Shown piece by piece: positions 19,754 through 28,477 of a DNA stretch of 64,000 nt. The number at the start of each line of letters is the position of its first letter. Positions within the stretch are counted from its first letter, which is position 1. The stretch is from an uncultured Verrucomicrobiales bacterium (GTDB taxonomy: Bacteria > Verrucomicrobiota > Verrucomicrobiia > Verrucomicrobiales > CAZUPP01), in NCBI GenBank assembly GCA_964622095.1, contig CAZUPP010000008.1:15773-79772 (forward strand). The letters are read 5' to 3'. The notes beneath the pieces were generated by a model. The model did not search any database. It was not told the origin of the DNA and worked only from the letters and a program-made list of their open reading frames with translations. The translations under genes and the position numbers were made by a program.

Positions 19754-20706
19754 ACGGCAGGCGTTTCCGTCAACGTCTTGATGGTGGCCGTGCCCAGAAA
19801 ACTCAGGCTCTGCCCGGGGAAACGAAGCGGTCCCCCAAAAAACTGCTTTTTGTTTTAGGTGGATTTCTCTTAAGCGGCGTGCTCAGTTCTTCCGTAATTA
19901 CCTATGGAGCCTTAGTAAGGGCTGAGCCCGCGCTGGCTTCCATTTTTGTTTATCTGGCCGGATGGCTCATTCATTACGGTGCGCTATGGCAGTTACGGAT
20001 TGTCAGACAAAGCCCGGATGCATCTGGAGGTGTCGAAACATCAGGCAAAAAAAGAACGTTCCGGTGGTGGATTATTCTTGAGGCTGCCGTGGTCCAGGTG
20101 GGGTCGATCCTGCTCATCGATCCACGGCTGTTCTTTGCCATTCTGCCTCTCTGGCTTTATCTTGGTATGAGCCTGGTTTTTCGTCCGAAAAGACCCGGCC
20201 TTTTTCTGGGATGGGGGGCGCTCTTTCTGCCGGCGATCGACTTAATGCTGCTTTTTCTGGAATGGTTGCCGGGCGAATCGTGGCGAGATTTTCCGTGGGC
20301 TGTGACTCCCTTTTTGCTCATGAGCCTGCTGTGCGGAGCGCTGGTTGAACTAAGTCGCGGGATGGGTTTGCCTCGAACTGGGAAGCGCCCCCCAGCCATC
20401 ACTGGATTCGCCACCGTTTGGGGAGCGAGAAAAGCAGCGTGGGGATACTACGGGCTGCTTATCGCCACGGGACTTTTGATTCTCTATGTCGCCTGGCAAA
20501 CGGACCTGGTCGAACTGGTCGCAGGAACGATTATTGTCTGGATGATTGGCGGCTGGTTTTTGGCCAAACGCTTCGCTCAATCACCTATTCCCAAGCTGAC
20601 CGTGATTTTTCTTCCGTTCAGCGGAATTCTGGTTGCGATGGCCTATGCGCTGCTGGGATTCATTCCTTTCATTCTTGTTCTTATCGCGAGTTCTTCCGCA
20701 CGATGA
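19750..20706 (+). CDS. polytopic membrane protein, family not recognised
   Basis: 318 aa, about 8 hydrophobic segments. Its ATG overlaps the heme oxygenase stop (ATGA at 19750-19753). Confidence 0.6.
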   Translation: MNGRRFRQRLDGGRAQKTQALPGETKRSPKKLLFVLGGFLLSGVLSSSVITYGALVRAEPALASIFVYLAGWLIHYGALWQLRIVRQSPDASGGVETSGKKRTFRWWIILEAAVVQVGSILLIDPRLFFAILPLWLYLGMSLVFRPKRPGLFLGWGALFLPAIDLMLLFLEWLPGESWRDFPWAVTPFLLMSLLCGALVELSRGMGLPRTGKRPPAITGFATVWGARKAAWGYYGLLIATGLLILYVAWQTDLVELVAGTIIVWMIGGWFLAKRFAQSPIPKLTVIFLPFSGILVAMAYALLGFIPFILVLIASSSAR

Positions 20707-20725
20707 ACAGAGTAAAATGAGTAAT

Positions 20726-21514
20726 TTACTCCCTCGGGCTGCCTGCTACGGAAATCCCCAGTCCGCCATCAATACGAATGGCTTGGCCGGTCATAAAAGC
20801 AGACCGGCCGCTGCATAGATAGACGATTAATTCACCCACCTCCTCTGCTTTCGCGATGCGTTGCAGGACATGCATGCGCGCACTCTCTTGATAAAGCCCC
20901 TCTGCATCGCCGGCCTCCGTCCAGGCTTTCCATGCCATCGGCGTATCGACTGTGCCCGGGCAAACGGCGAGGGCGCGAACCTTTGGCCCAAAATCAATGG
21001 CCAGGCTGCGAGTAAAACCAAGCAGAGCGGATTTTGCGGTGGTGTAGTGCACCATATTTCCGCTCGAAACGAAGGATTGTGCGCTGGCCACGTTAATGAT
21101 CACCGCGGCCTCACGCTGGATAAGATGAGGCAAGGCGTATTTTGCGCAGAGAAAATAACTCTTGAGATTCACGTTCATAATGCGATCCCAATCCTCCTCT
21201 GTGCAGGTCATGGCGTTGGCATAGTGAAGAATACCCACATTATTGACTAAGTAATCCAGACGGCCAAAGTGTGAGACAACCTGGGAAACCGCTTCTTCTA
21301 CAGCCCCGCTTTGACTGACATCGACTGGGTAGAATGAGCAGGACTTTCTATATTTGCCGGCCGCCGCCGCCCCTGCTTCCTCGTCCAGATCAAAAATCGC
21401 CACCCGGGCGCCTTCACGAAGAAAAATCTCCGTTGCGGACAGCCCAATGCCCTTGGCTCCGCCCGTGACAATTGCGACTTCCCCTTCAGCAAAGTAAGCC
21501 ATGGGCTCTACCAA
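20726..21514 (-). CDS. SDR family oxidoreductase
   Basis: AIVTGGAKGIGLS, NNVG, YTTAKSALLGFTRSLA (YxxxK). Overlaps the upstream ManD-type gene by 7 nt. Confidence 0.85.
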   Translation of the reverse strand: MVEPMAYFAEGEVAIVTGGAKGIGLSATEIFLREGARVAIFDLDEEAGAAAAGKYRKSCSFYPVDVSQSGAVEEAVSQVVSHFGRLDYLVNNVGILHYANAMTCTEEDWDRIMNVNLKSYFLCAKYALPHLIQREAAVIINVASAQSFVSSGNMVHYTTAKSALLGFTRSLAIDFGPKVRALAVCPGTVDTPMAWKAWTEAGDAEGLYQESARMHVLQRIAKAEEVGELIVYLCSGRSAFMTGQAIRIDGGLGISVAGSPRE

Positions 21515-22719
21515 TCATGGATTGATCCATCGATCAACCGGGTGATGGGCAAATAAGCGGACTGATAGGGATGAGCAGAGGCGAGGTCTTCCCGGAAATC
21601 CACGCCCAGACCAGCCTGACTGCCACCCAGATGGAGATAGCCATCCTCGAAATAATATTCATGGGGGAAAATCTCATCGACAAGTGAAGGGTATCCCATG
21701 AATTCCTGAATACCGTAATTATGAATGGCCATGCCGAAGTGAAGGCACGCGGCCAGCGCCACCGGCGAAATATCCGAAGGGCCATGGCAGCCGGTCCTAA
21801 CCTGATGAGCTTCGGCCAAATGGGCAATTTTCAGCATGGGAGTGATGCCGCCTCCGTGAGAAACAGTCATTCGGATATAGTCGATCCACCGGTTCTGGAT
21901 CAGTTCCTGGGCGTCATAAATCGAGTTGAAAATCTCGCCCACCGCCAGCGGGATCGTGGTGTGATGCCGGATCTCGCGGAACGCTGCCGGATTTTCCGCC
22001 GGAGTCGCGTCCTCCAGCCAGAATAGATCGAAAGGCTCCAGATCCTGGCCCAACCGAGCAGCTTCCATGGGGGTCAACCGGTGATGAGCGTCATGCAGGA
22101 TGATCGGTTCAGGGCCAATGGTTTCCCGCACCTGATGAAAAACTTCGGGGATATGATTGAGATATTTCCGAGTGTCCCAATCGCGTTCTTCCACCGGAAG
22201 GTTGCTGCGCTGTGCGGGCTCATATTGTCCGGAAGAAATACCATACATGAGCGGAATGCCGGGCACCCCCGTTTGCACGCGGATCGCCTGGTAACCCTGC
22301 GCGATCATTTTCTCTACGGCAGCGAGTACACCCTCCGTTTCCGGTGCACTGGCGTGTCCGTAGCAGAGAAGTTTTTGTCGGCTGCGACCACCGAGAAGAT
22401 TGTAGACGGGCTGATTAAGCGCTTTTCCTTTGATATCCCAAAGGGCCATATCGATCGCGCCAAGGGCGGTCATGGTCACCGGTCCTTTTCGCCAATAGGC
22501 GCCCCGGTAGAAATACTGCCAGATATCTTCTGTATCAAACGGGTTGCGACCGGTCAGACAGGGAACCAGATGATCCTTCAGGTAAGACACGACGGCCAGT
22601 TCCCGGCCGTTCAGAGTCGCATCACCGAGTCCATAGATGCCTGCGTCCGTATGAACGCGCAGGGTCACATAATTGCGCACCGGAGAATTTACGAATACTT
22701 CCGCGTGCGTGATTTTCAT
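21508..22719 (-). CDS. enolase-superfamily dehydratase, D-mannonate dehydratase (ManD/RspA) subgroup
   Basis: MKITHAEVFV.SP.RNYVTLRV.TD.G.YGLGDATLNGRELAV..YL.DH..P.L.GR.P...EDIWQY.YRGAYWR.GPV.M.A..A.DMALWDIKGK. Start moved to ATG 22719. Confidence 0.85.
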   Translation of the reverse strand: MKITHAEVFVNSPVRNYVTLRVHTDAGIYGLGDATLNGRELAVVSYLKDHLVPCLTGRNPFDTEDIWQYFYRGAYWRKGPVTMTALGAIDMALWDIKGKALNQPVYNLLGGRSRQKLLCYGHASAPETEGVLAAVEKMIAQGYQAIRVQTGVPGIPLMYGISSGQYEPAQRSNLPVEERDWDTRKYLNHIPEVFHQVRETIGPEPIILHDAHHRLTPMEAARLGQDLEPFDLFWLEDATPAENPAAFREIRHHTTIPLAVGEIFNSIYDAQELIQNRWIDYIRMTVSHGGGITPMLKIAHLAEAHQVRTGCHGPSDISPVALAACLHFGMAIHNYGIQEFMGYPSLVDEIFPHEYYFEDGYLHLGGSQAGLGVDFREDLASAHPYQSAYLPITRLIDGSIHDW

Positions 22720-22753
22720 AGCCGGAAAAAGCAAAAGGAATCAATTGGCTTAA

Positions 22754-23731
22754 TCAGGCCCCGAAAAGCGCGCCGACCGGAATCACTCCCTCATTTATCA
22801 GCAGGACCACGATATAGGTTACGTAAATCACAAGCAGGGCAAACCCTTCCAGGCGGGTCAATTTGAATCCCGTCGACATCAGCGGTAACAATACGATGGA
22901 CAGGCCGAGCATGGTGATCAGGTCGATCCATTGAATATCTACCGCCTGCAATGGAATAATTGTTCCAGAGACTCCCAGAATAAGAAGAATGTTTTGGATA
23001 TTCGAGCCGATGATGTTGCCCACGGCAATGTCCGCTTTTTTCTCACGGGCTGCGACAAGGCACGTCGCTAACTCCGGCGCGCTTGTTCCTACCGCGATAA
23101 TGGTCAGGCCAATCGCAGCTTCTGACATATTTGCGGCTTCCGCTACGGCCACAGCGCCGCGAATAAGAAGCTCGCCGCCACCCGCCAGGCAAATCCCCCC
23201 CAGCAGGATAAAAGCGAGGTCATGCCAGATTGTCTTGAGTGGTTCTTCTTCCGCTTCGAACAGATCTTCCTCCCCGGTCTTTTTGGCCAGGCGGAATAGG
23301 AAGTATGTGAAAATGATGAGGGTGATAAACAGTCCGAGAGCTTCATAGCGGCTGATCAGATTATCCCAAAGCATGAGGACCAGAGCCCCGCTCACCAGAA
23401 GCATGAAAGGCGTATCGAACTTAATCACGCGGCTTTGCACGGCCAACGGCATAACCAGCGCCGTAATCGCCAGGATAAGCCCGACATTGGCGATGTTTGA
23501 GCCAATGACATTTCCCAGGGCGATATCACCTTTTCCCTGGACGGCAGCGTTCAGGGCAATAACCAGCTCCGGCGCGCTCGTTCCAAAAGCGACAATCGTT
23601 AAACCCACTACAAGAGACGGAACGCCGAAGCGTAAGGCCAGGCTGGCCGCGCCCTTGACCAGAAGGTTGGCTCCGAAGACGAGGAAAAAGAGACCGCCCA
23701 GAACAAGAGAGAGATTAATCAGCAGATCCAT
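22754..23731 (-). CDS. calcium/sodium antiporter (CaCA family, YrbG-like)
   Basis: Two alpha-repeats: GLTIVAFGTSAPELVIAL...GNVIGSNIANVGLIL and GLTIIAVGTSAPELATCL...GNIIGSNIQNILLILG. Start moved to ATG 23731. Confidence 0.85.
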   Translation of the reverse strand: MDLLINLSLVLGGLFFLVFGANLLVKGAASLALRFGVPSLVVGLTIVAFGTSAPELVIALNAAVQGKGDIALGNVIGSNIANVGLILAITALVMPLAVQSRVIKFDTPFMLLVSGALVLMLWDNLISRYEALGLFITLIIFTYFLFRLAKKTGEEDLFEAEEEPLKTIWHDLAFILLGGICLAGGGELLIRGAVAVAEAANMSEAAIGLTIIAVGTSAPELATCLVAAREKKADIAVGNIIGSNIQNILLILGVSGTIIPLQAVDIQWIDLITMLGLSIVLLPLMSTGFKLTRLEGFALLVIYVTYIVVLLINEGVIPVGALFGA

Positions 23732-23854
23732 AGAAACGTTTTGGAGTAGAGCACGAATGCGGGTCCATCGCACAGAGACCCCAAGTGGTTGAATGCCACA
23801 CGGAGACCCGTCAAGTCTCGATAGAACCTGCCCCAAGGCCAGGCGGTGCCTCGC

Positions 23855-25894
23855 TCACTTGATCACGTCTTCGTCTTCGTCCTTCTTGCGCTTTTTCTTC
23901 AAGCCGCCAAGAAGCTTTTTGCCCCAGCCCGCATTTGCTTCTTCTTCCTCCTCCAGTTCCTTCAGGCTCTTTGGAGCTACGGGCCGGGGAGCCGCAAGGT
24001 TTGAGGTGACTGGCTTCACGGCCCGCGGTGCCTTGAATTCAGGTTTCGCGACGAAATGGGAGCTGGCGCTGGGTGGACGCTGCACATCCTGCTTCGGGAC
24101 ACGATCCTCCTCTGGCCCGTGATAGGCCTGAAGGATGTTACTGCTGGCGGCATGGGATTTATCTCCGCTTCGAGGTTCTTCCGAAGGACGCCGATTGCTG
24201 CTCCCAGGCTTGGTCTTCGCCAGATCCGCCAGCCGGCGTTCCGCGCGGGCCATGAGTTCACTGCTGGAAAGTGAGCTGGTCTGTTCTTCCTCCCCGTCCT
24301 GCGCGGTTTCTGCGTGCTTACCAGCACCATTCTTTGTCCCGCCCGGAACGGAGATTTCACTGATCTCTTCCGCGCGCGTACCTTTGGGCGCCATGGGAGG
24401 GGGTGGCATCTGTTCCGGCACTTTGGCGACCCGCAGCGCCTTCGGTGTGCCGCTGTCTGTGGTTGGAACAAAGGAAGGATCCTCCGCCGGATCATACCCA
24501 TGATCTTCGCCGAGTGGCGTGAGAGAACTGCCAAAGCTGGGTTGATCCCTCTCATCAAACTCCGGCAGTGGCGCCACCGGGCCCATTTCTGTTTCTCTAC
24601 CGGTCTCTTTATCCCGGGAAAGCTGCAGCGGCCTGGCGACGGCACTCATGATGCTCATCTGCATGCCTCTGCCTGAACCCCGAGGGGCCGCGGGGATCGA
24701 GACCGGATCAGGAGGTGGCGACGAAACTTTTGCGCCTGTTTCCAGCGGAGTTTCGGCTGGCGTTACTGATTTGGGTGTAGCCTCTGCTTCCGCTGGCGCC
24801 GGAGATCCAGCCACGTTGCTGGCAGTTGCTGCGCCCGTGTGCACCTTCGTTTCATTGGCAACGGCGTTTTCGCGTTCCTCGCGTTCGGCCAGACGGGCGG
24901 CCTCCTGGCTGCGCGCTTCCTGGACCGCGCGGGCGGCACGGGCAGCTACTTTCAGACAGAGATGACTGCGCGTTTCCTCATCCGAGACGAAATGGTAGCT
25001 GAGGAGAAGCGAGGGTTCCGTGACAGGGATGTGGGTTGCCCGGCTCTTCTCCAAAGTTGGCCCCAGCATTAACTCAGGTATCCCGAGGGCATCATTTCCA
25101 TGAAGGAGCAACTCACGTAGGTTCGCGGTCGAGGTCAGTTCTTTCGGCAAGGACGAAATCTGATTGTCGCGCAGATCAAGCGTGGTGAGATTTGGCAGGG
25201 CTGCGATAAAGGCGGGAACAGTCGTGAGCTGATTCCCTTCCAGATAAATCTTTTGCAGCCGGTGAAGTCCAGCCGTGCCGTAGTCCGGGATTTCTCTAAG
25301 CTGGTTATGGTCCAGTCCCAGCATTTTCAGCGCACCCAGTTCAAGAAGAGCGGGAGCCAGTTCGCTGATTTGATTGTTGCCCAGCCAGAGGATCTCCAGA
25401 GACCTGAGCCGGGCCAGGGCGGGGGAAATGGCCGTCAATTGGTTTCCATCCAGATACAGCTCGCGGAGGCGCTCCAGATGGCGGACGGAATCCGGAACGG
25501 CCGCGAGTTGATTGTTACTCAGGTAAACTTCCTGGAGATAGGTGAGCTGGCCGAAACCCTCCGGGAGCTCTTTGATCTGGTTGTCTGACAGGTAGACCGC
25601 GGTGAGCTTTTTCAGCTCCAAGAGCCGGGGCGACAGTTGCTTTAGACCGCATTCTTTAGCGAAGAGCACGCTCAGGTGCGTCAGCTCAAAGAGTTCCTCT
25701 GGCAGCTCATCCAGCTCGAGCTTGCTCAGACTAAGGCTCGGCGCCTGCTCGCGGGCGGCGCGAGCAATTCTCTCTTGGGCTATCTGGAGAGGGTCAGACA
25801 CGGGTAACGGTCTCTGCGGGAATTGTCTGGTCAGGACACAGGCTCTCTCGTCGCTGGAATGGCGATTCTCAATTGTGCATTGGCCAACCATCAT
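23855..25894 (-). CDS. leucine-rich repeat protein with a long disordered C-terminal region
   Basis: About 10 consecutive ~23-residue LRRs (LxxLxLxxNQLxxLPxxxxxL), e.g. LTAVYLSDNQIKELPEGFGQLTY and LQEVYLSNNQLAAVPDSVRHLER. These are followed by about 370 aa of P/S/A/E-rich sequence ending KKLLGGLKKKRKKDEDEDVIK. No signal peptide. Confidence 0.8.
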   Translation of the reverse strand: MMVGQCTIENRHSSDERACVLTRQFPQRPLPVSDPLQIAQERIARAAREQAPSLSLSKLELDELPEELFELTHLSVLFAKECGLKQLSPRLLELKKLTAVYLSDNQIKELPEGFGQLTYLQEVYLSNNQLAAVPDSVRHLERLRELYLDGNQLTAISPALARLRSLEILWLGNNQISELAPALLELGALKMLGLDHNQLREIPDYGTAGLHRLQKIYLEGNQLTTVPAFIAALPNLTTLDLRDNQISSLPKELTSTANLRELLLHGNDALGIPELMLGPTLEKSRATHIPVTEPSLLLSYHFVSDEETRSHLCLKVAARAARAVQEARSQEAARLAEREERENAVANETKVHTGAATASNVAGSPAPAEAEATPKSVTPAETPLETGAKVSSPPPDPVSIPAAPRGSGRGMQMSIMSAVARPLQLSRDKETGRETEMGPVAPLPEFDERDQPSFGSSLTPLGEDHGYDPAEDPSFVPTTDSGTPKALRVAKVPEQMPPPPMAPKGTRAEEISEISVPGGTKNGAGKHAETAQDGEEEQTSSLSSSELMARAERRLADLAKTKPGSSNRRPSEEPRSGDKSHAASSNILQAYHGPEEDRVPKQDVQRPPSASSHFVAKPEFKAPRAVKPVTSNLAAPRPVAPKSLKELEEEEEANAGWGKKLLGGLKKKRKKDEDEDVIK

Positions 25895-26183
25895 GAGTCA
25901 TACGAACGCCCGGAAAACCCGGCGGTTTTACCGAAGCAGGACGGATGCTAAGTGACCGGCAGACGAACAAAAAGCGGACGTAGGCTTGCGGCGCTGTATG
26001 TAGAGCAGCCACCCGGTTTGTGGTCCCGGTAAAGCGCTCTCAATGGTGAAAAAAGACTTCGAGCTCCGAGGTATCTCGCAGTCCACAACTTGAGGGGGAT
26101 CTCCGCCCCGTTCCGGAAGGGAACTGTGACGGAAGATTACTTAAGTCTTAGCGTTATCAACGTGCGGCCGGAGCAGGAACTGG

Positions 26184-27260
26184 TCAAGGGGAAAGCCGTT
26201 CCTCACCATCTTCCGTGGCGTCCTCCGCCGGATCAACGTCATCCTTTGAACGAGCCGCTTGCGAGTAAAGCTCCGCCCAGCCGCTGCTGCCCAGCCGTTC
26301 GGCCCTCTCTTTTTCGCGGGCCTCGCGTTCTGCCGCACGTTTGGCGGCGAGAGTTTCCAGGTGTACTTTTTGATGAAAGCGAGCTCCCACAACCGCTCCG
26401 GCGAAAATCATGGCGATGACCGCACCTTTCGCGATTGCTGGGATTCTCGGCCTGAGCGCCGGGATCAGCAGAATGACGGCTAGCAGCGGAACGAGACCGA
26501 TAAGGGCCATGCTGATGGTGGAAACCGAGCCCATCGTCATGGAGACCAGATTGTAGTTCAGCAATAGTGCGACGGCGGGAATGGAAGCGAGGGTGAGTAG
26601 CTTTTTGCCCCACGGGAACAACGTCGCCAGCGTGATGGTGCCAATGGCCAGACCGGTGGACAGGATAAAGAAATTCTGCGCCGTGGCGCCGGCCAGATAG
26701 TAGAGCACCAGAAAAGAAGTGGCCCAAGCGCCGAGCAGAACTCCGGAAAGAAAAGGCTGAAAGTGGCGGCAAAAGAGCTCGATGCACGCCATCAGGACCA
26801 GGCCATCGATCGTGGCAAGGGCGATCCACCTCAGAAGTTTGCCATTGTCCCACGGCGAAGTCGGAGCGGTGGCGATTTCTCTCAAGCTGACCCAGGCGAC
26901 GAGGGCGAGCAACACCGCCCGCAGCACCCAGCCCACGACCATGCGCACGAGGCGGTTGGGCACTTCACAATTCAGGATGGCCACCAGAAGGGCGACAACA
27001 CCGCCGATGAGGGCGGTGTGAGGTGCCCAATCACTCCCGGATTCTGGTATGAGCTGGAAATCCCGGCCCCGGATGGTGAGGTTGACGACCAGGGTGCCAG
27101 CGAAGGCGCCCAGCCCGATTCCCAGAGCGCCAGTCCCGGCCATGGCATGATCGGCCCACTTTTCGTGACGGTGCAGTTTCAGCGCCCAGGCGAGGAGCGC
27201 GACTGCTCCCGCCGTTAGAACGGCCGCTGCGAAAATGGGGATGAGTTGCTCAATGGTCAT
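26184..27260 (-). CDS. polytopic membrane protein with a charged C-terminal tail
   Basis: 358 aa, about 9-10 hydrophobic segments. The tail is AAKRAAEREAREKERAERL...DDVDPAEDATEDGEE. No family recognised. Confidence 0.6.
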   Translation of the reverse strand: MTIEQLIPIFAAAVLTAGAVALLAWALKLHRHEKWADHAMAGTGALGIGLGAFAGTLVVNLTIRGRDFQLIPESGSDWAPHTALIGGVVALLVAILNCEVPNRLVRMVVGWVLRAVLLALVAWVSLREIATAPTSPWDNGKLLRWIALATIDGLVLMACIELFCRHFQPFLSGVLLGAWATSFLVLYYLAGATAQNFFILSTGLAIGTITLATLFPWGKKLLTLASIPAVALLLNYNLVSMTMGSVSTISMALIGLVPLLAVILLIPALRPRIPAIAKGAVIAMIFAGAVVGARFHQKVHLETLAAKRAAEREAREKERAERLGSSGWAELYSQAARSKDDVDPAEDATEDGEERLSP

Positions 27261-27370
27261 GGATCGCAGCTCTTACTACTGCACAGGGAAACGAAAAAGG
27301 CGGGTGCACGGGATTCGATTCATGTCGTCTGCCGCGCACCCGCCGAAACCTTTCGAGGGGCGATCCTGGA

Positions 27371-27967
27371 TTACTGCTTGATTCCTTCAACCGCCACAAT
27401 CATCTCAACTTCGTCTCCGATACCGTTGTTCTCGAGGAAGGCGGTCATGCCGAAGTCACTGCGCTTAAAGGCAAAAGTGGCCTCGCCACCGCGAATGTCA
27501 GCGCCCGCCGGGTTTTTCCCGGTGCCGATGTCCGTATAGGTCACGGTGATCGGCTTGGTCTCACCGAGCAGGGTGAGGTTGCCCTTGACTTCGTAGACCC
27601 CATCGCCCTTGGCCGACACCTCAGTGCTCTCGAAGGTCGCTTTCGGATGGACCTTCACATTGAAGAAGTCTTCGCCGCGCAAGTGGTTATCACGGTCTTC
27701 GTTGGCCGTATCAATACTTTCGGTCATGATCTCGAATTTTACCGAGCTCTTTGCCGGGTCGGCTTCATCGAAGGATATCGACCCGATGAATTCATTGAAG
27801 CGCCCATAGGTCTTGCCGACTCCTGCGTGCAGGACTTCGAAGACGATGTAAGAGTGCACGGGATCGACCTCGTAGGTCTGAGCCTGGGCGGCCGGAGAAC
27901 CCGCCGTGAAAAAAACCGCACCGCTGATGAGTGCGCCTGCGAGGAGAGTTGAGAGCGTGTTTTTCAT
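27371..27967 (-). CDS. YceI family periplasmic protein
   Basis: Signal peptide, then Y.VDPVHSYIVFEV.H.GVGKTYGRF..F.G.I.FD...P..S.V...I...SIDT....RD.HLRG.DFF.V..HP.ATF.S. Confidence 0.85.
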   Translation of the reverse strand: MKNTLSTLLAGALISGAVFFTAGSPAAQAQTYEVDPVHSYIVFEVLHAGVGKTYGRFNEFIGSISFDEADPAKSSVKFEIMTESIDTANEDRDNHLRGEDFFNVKVHPKATFESTEVSAKGDGVYEVKGNLTLLGETKPITVTYTDIGTGKNPAGADIRGGEATFAFKRSDFGMTAFLENNGIGDEVEMIVAVEGIKQ

Positions 27968-28409
27968 AATCTGTCAGTATCTAGTTAGAGGTGTTTGCAG
28001 AAAGCGGACGCAGGAGGCCCTGGGTGCGAAGATATTCCCGAGGGGAGAAAGCCCCGCCCCGCTGGGAGCGTAAGACAGTCGACCCGGAGGAACGTTGAGC
28101 CAGCAGCGGGCGATGTCCGGCGCAGCGTGACATTTTTGGCGCAAAGCGGGAATTCCGGGCTTGCACTTTCTGAGGAGGCCATGTTCGGTAGCGCCACTTA
28201 AGCCGCTCCAGGCGGTCTGCGCAGCTTCCCAGCGGGCTGAGGAGAAACCCTGGCGGCTTTGAAAAAGTCTCAGGCAGCCGCGATCAATCGCAGCCTGTGG
28301 CAACCCCGGCGAGACAGCGAACGTTGAACCGAGGGACGAACACGGAGATTCCCAGAGGTCTACAACTGATTGACGCTCAAGGCGCCTTGGCAGGCGGCGG
28401 CAGATGCTG

Positions 28410-28449
28410 ATTGACTCTACCCGGCCTCGACAATTTCCATTGACTCTAC
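28410..28449. repeat. 11-nt perfect direct repeat ATTGACTCTAC x2 with 29-bp period
   Basis: Copies at 28410-28420 and 28439-28449. The second ends 28 nt upstream of the ATG at 28478. Confidence 0.9.
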
Positions 28450-28477
28450 TTTCAGGAAAAGTTCAGAAAAAAAGGCT

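Noticed and set aside
22081-22866. 261-aa ORF antisense to the ManD-type dehydratase
   Set aside because: It is a shadow ORF. The minus-strand enolase-superfamily sequence is unambiguous.
27974-28303. Several 60-109-aa ORFs on both strands of the long intergenic region
   Set aside because: All are Arg/Cys/Trp/Pro-rich and mutually overlapping, with no start context. I treated the region as non-coding (see the finding on possible RNA structure).
28040-28400. Possible RNase P RNA, SRP RNA, tmRNA or tRNA
   Set aside because: GGAATTCCGGGCT vaguely resembles the RNase P P4 strand (GGAAAGTCCGGGCT), and GACCCGGAGGAAC resembles the SRP GGAA loop region. The partner strands, spacing and other universally conserved blocks are absent. 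No tRNA-like T-arm or acceptor pattern is present.
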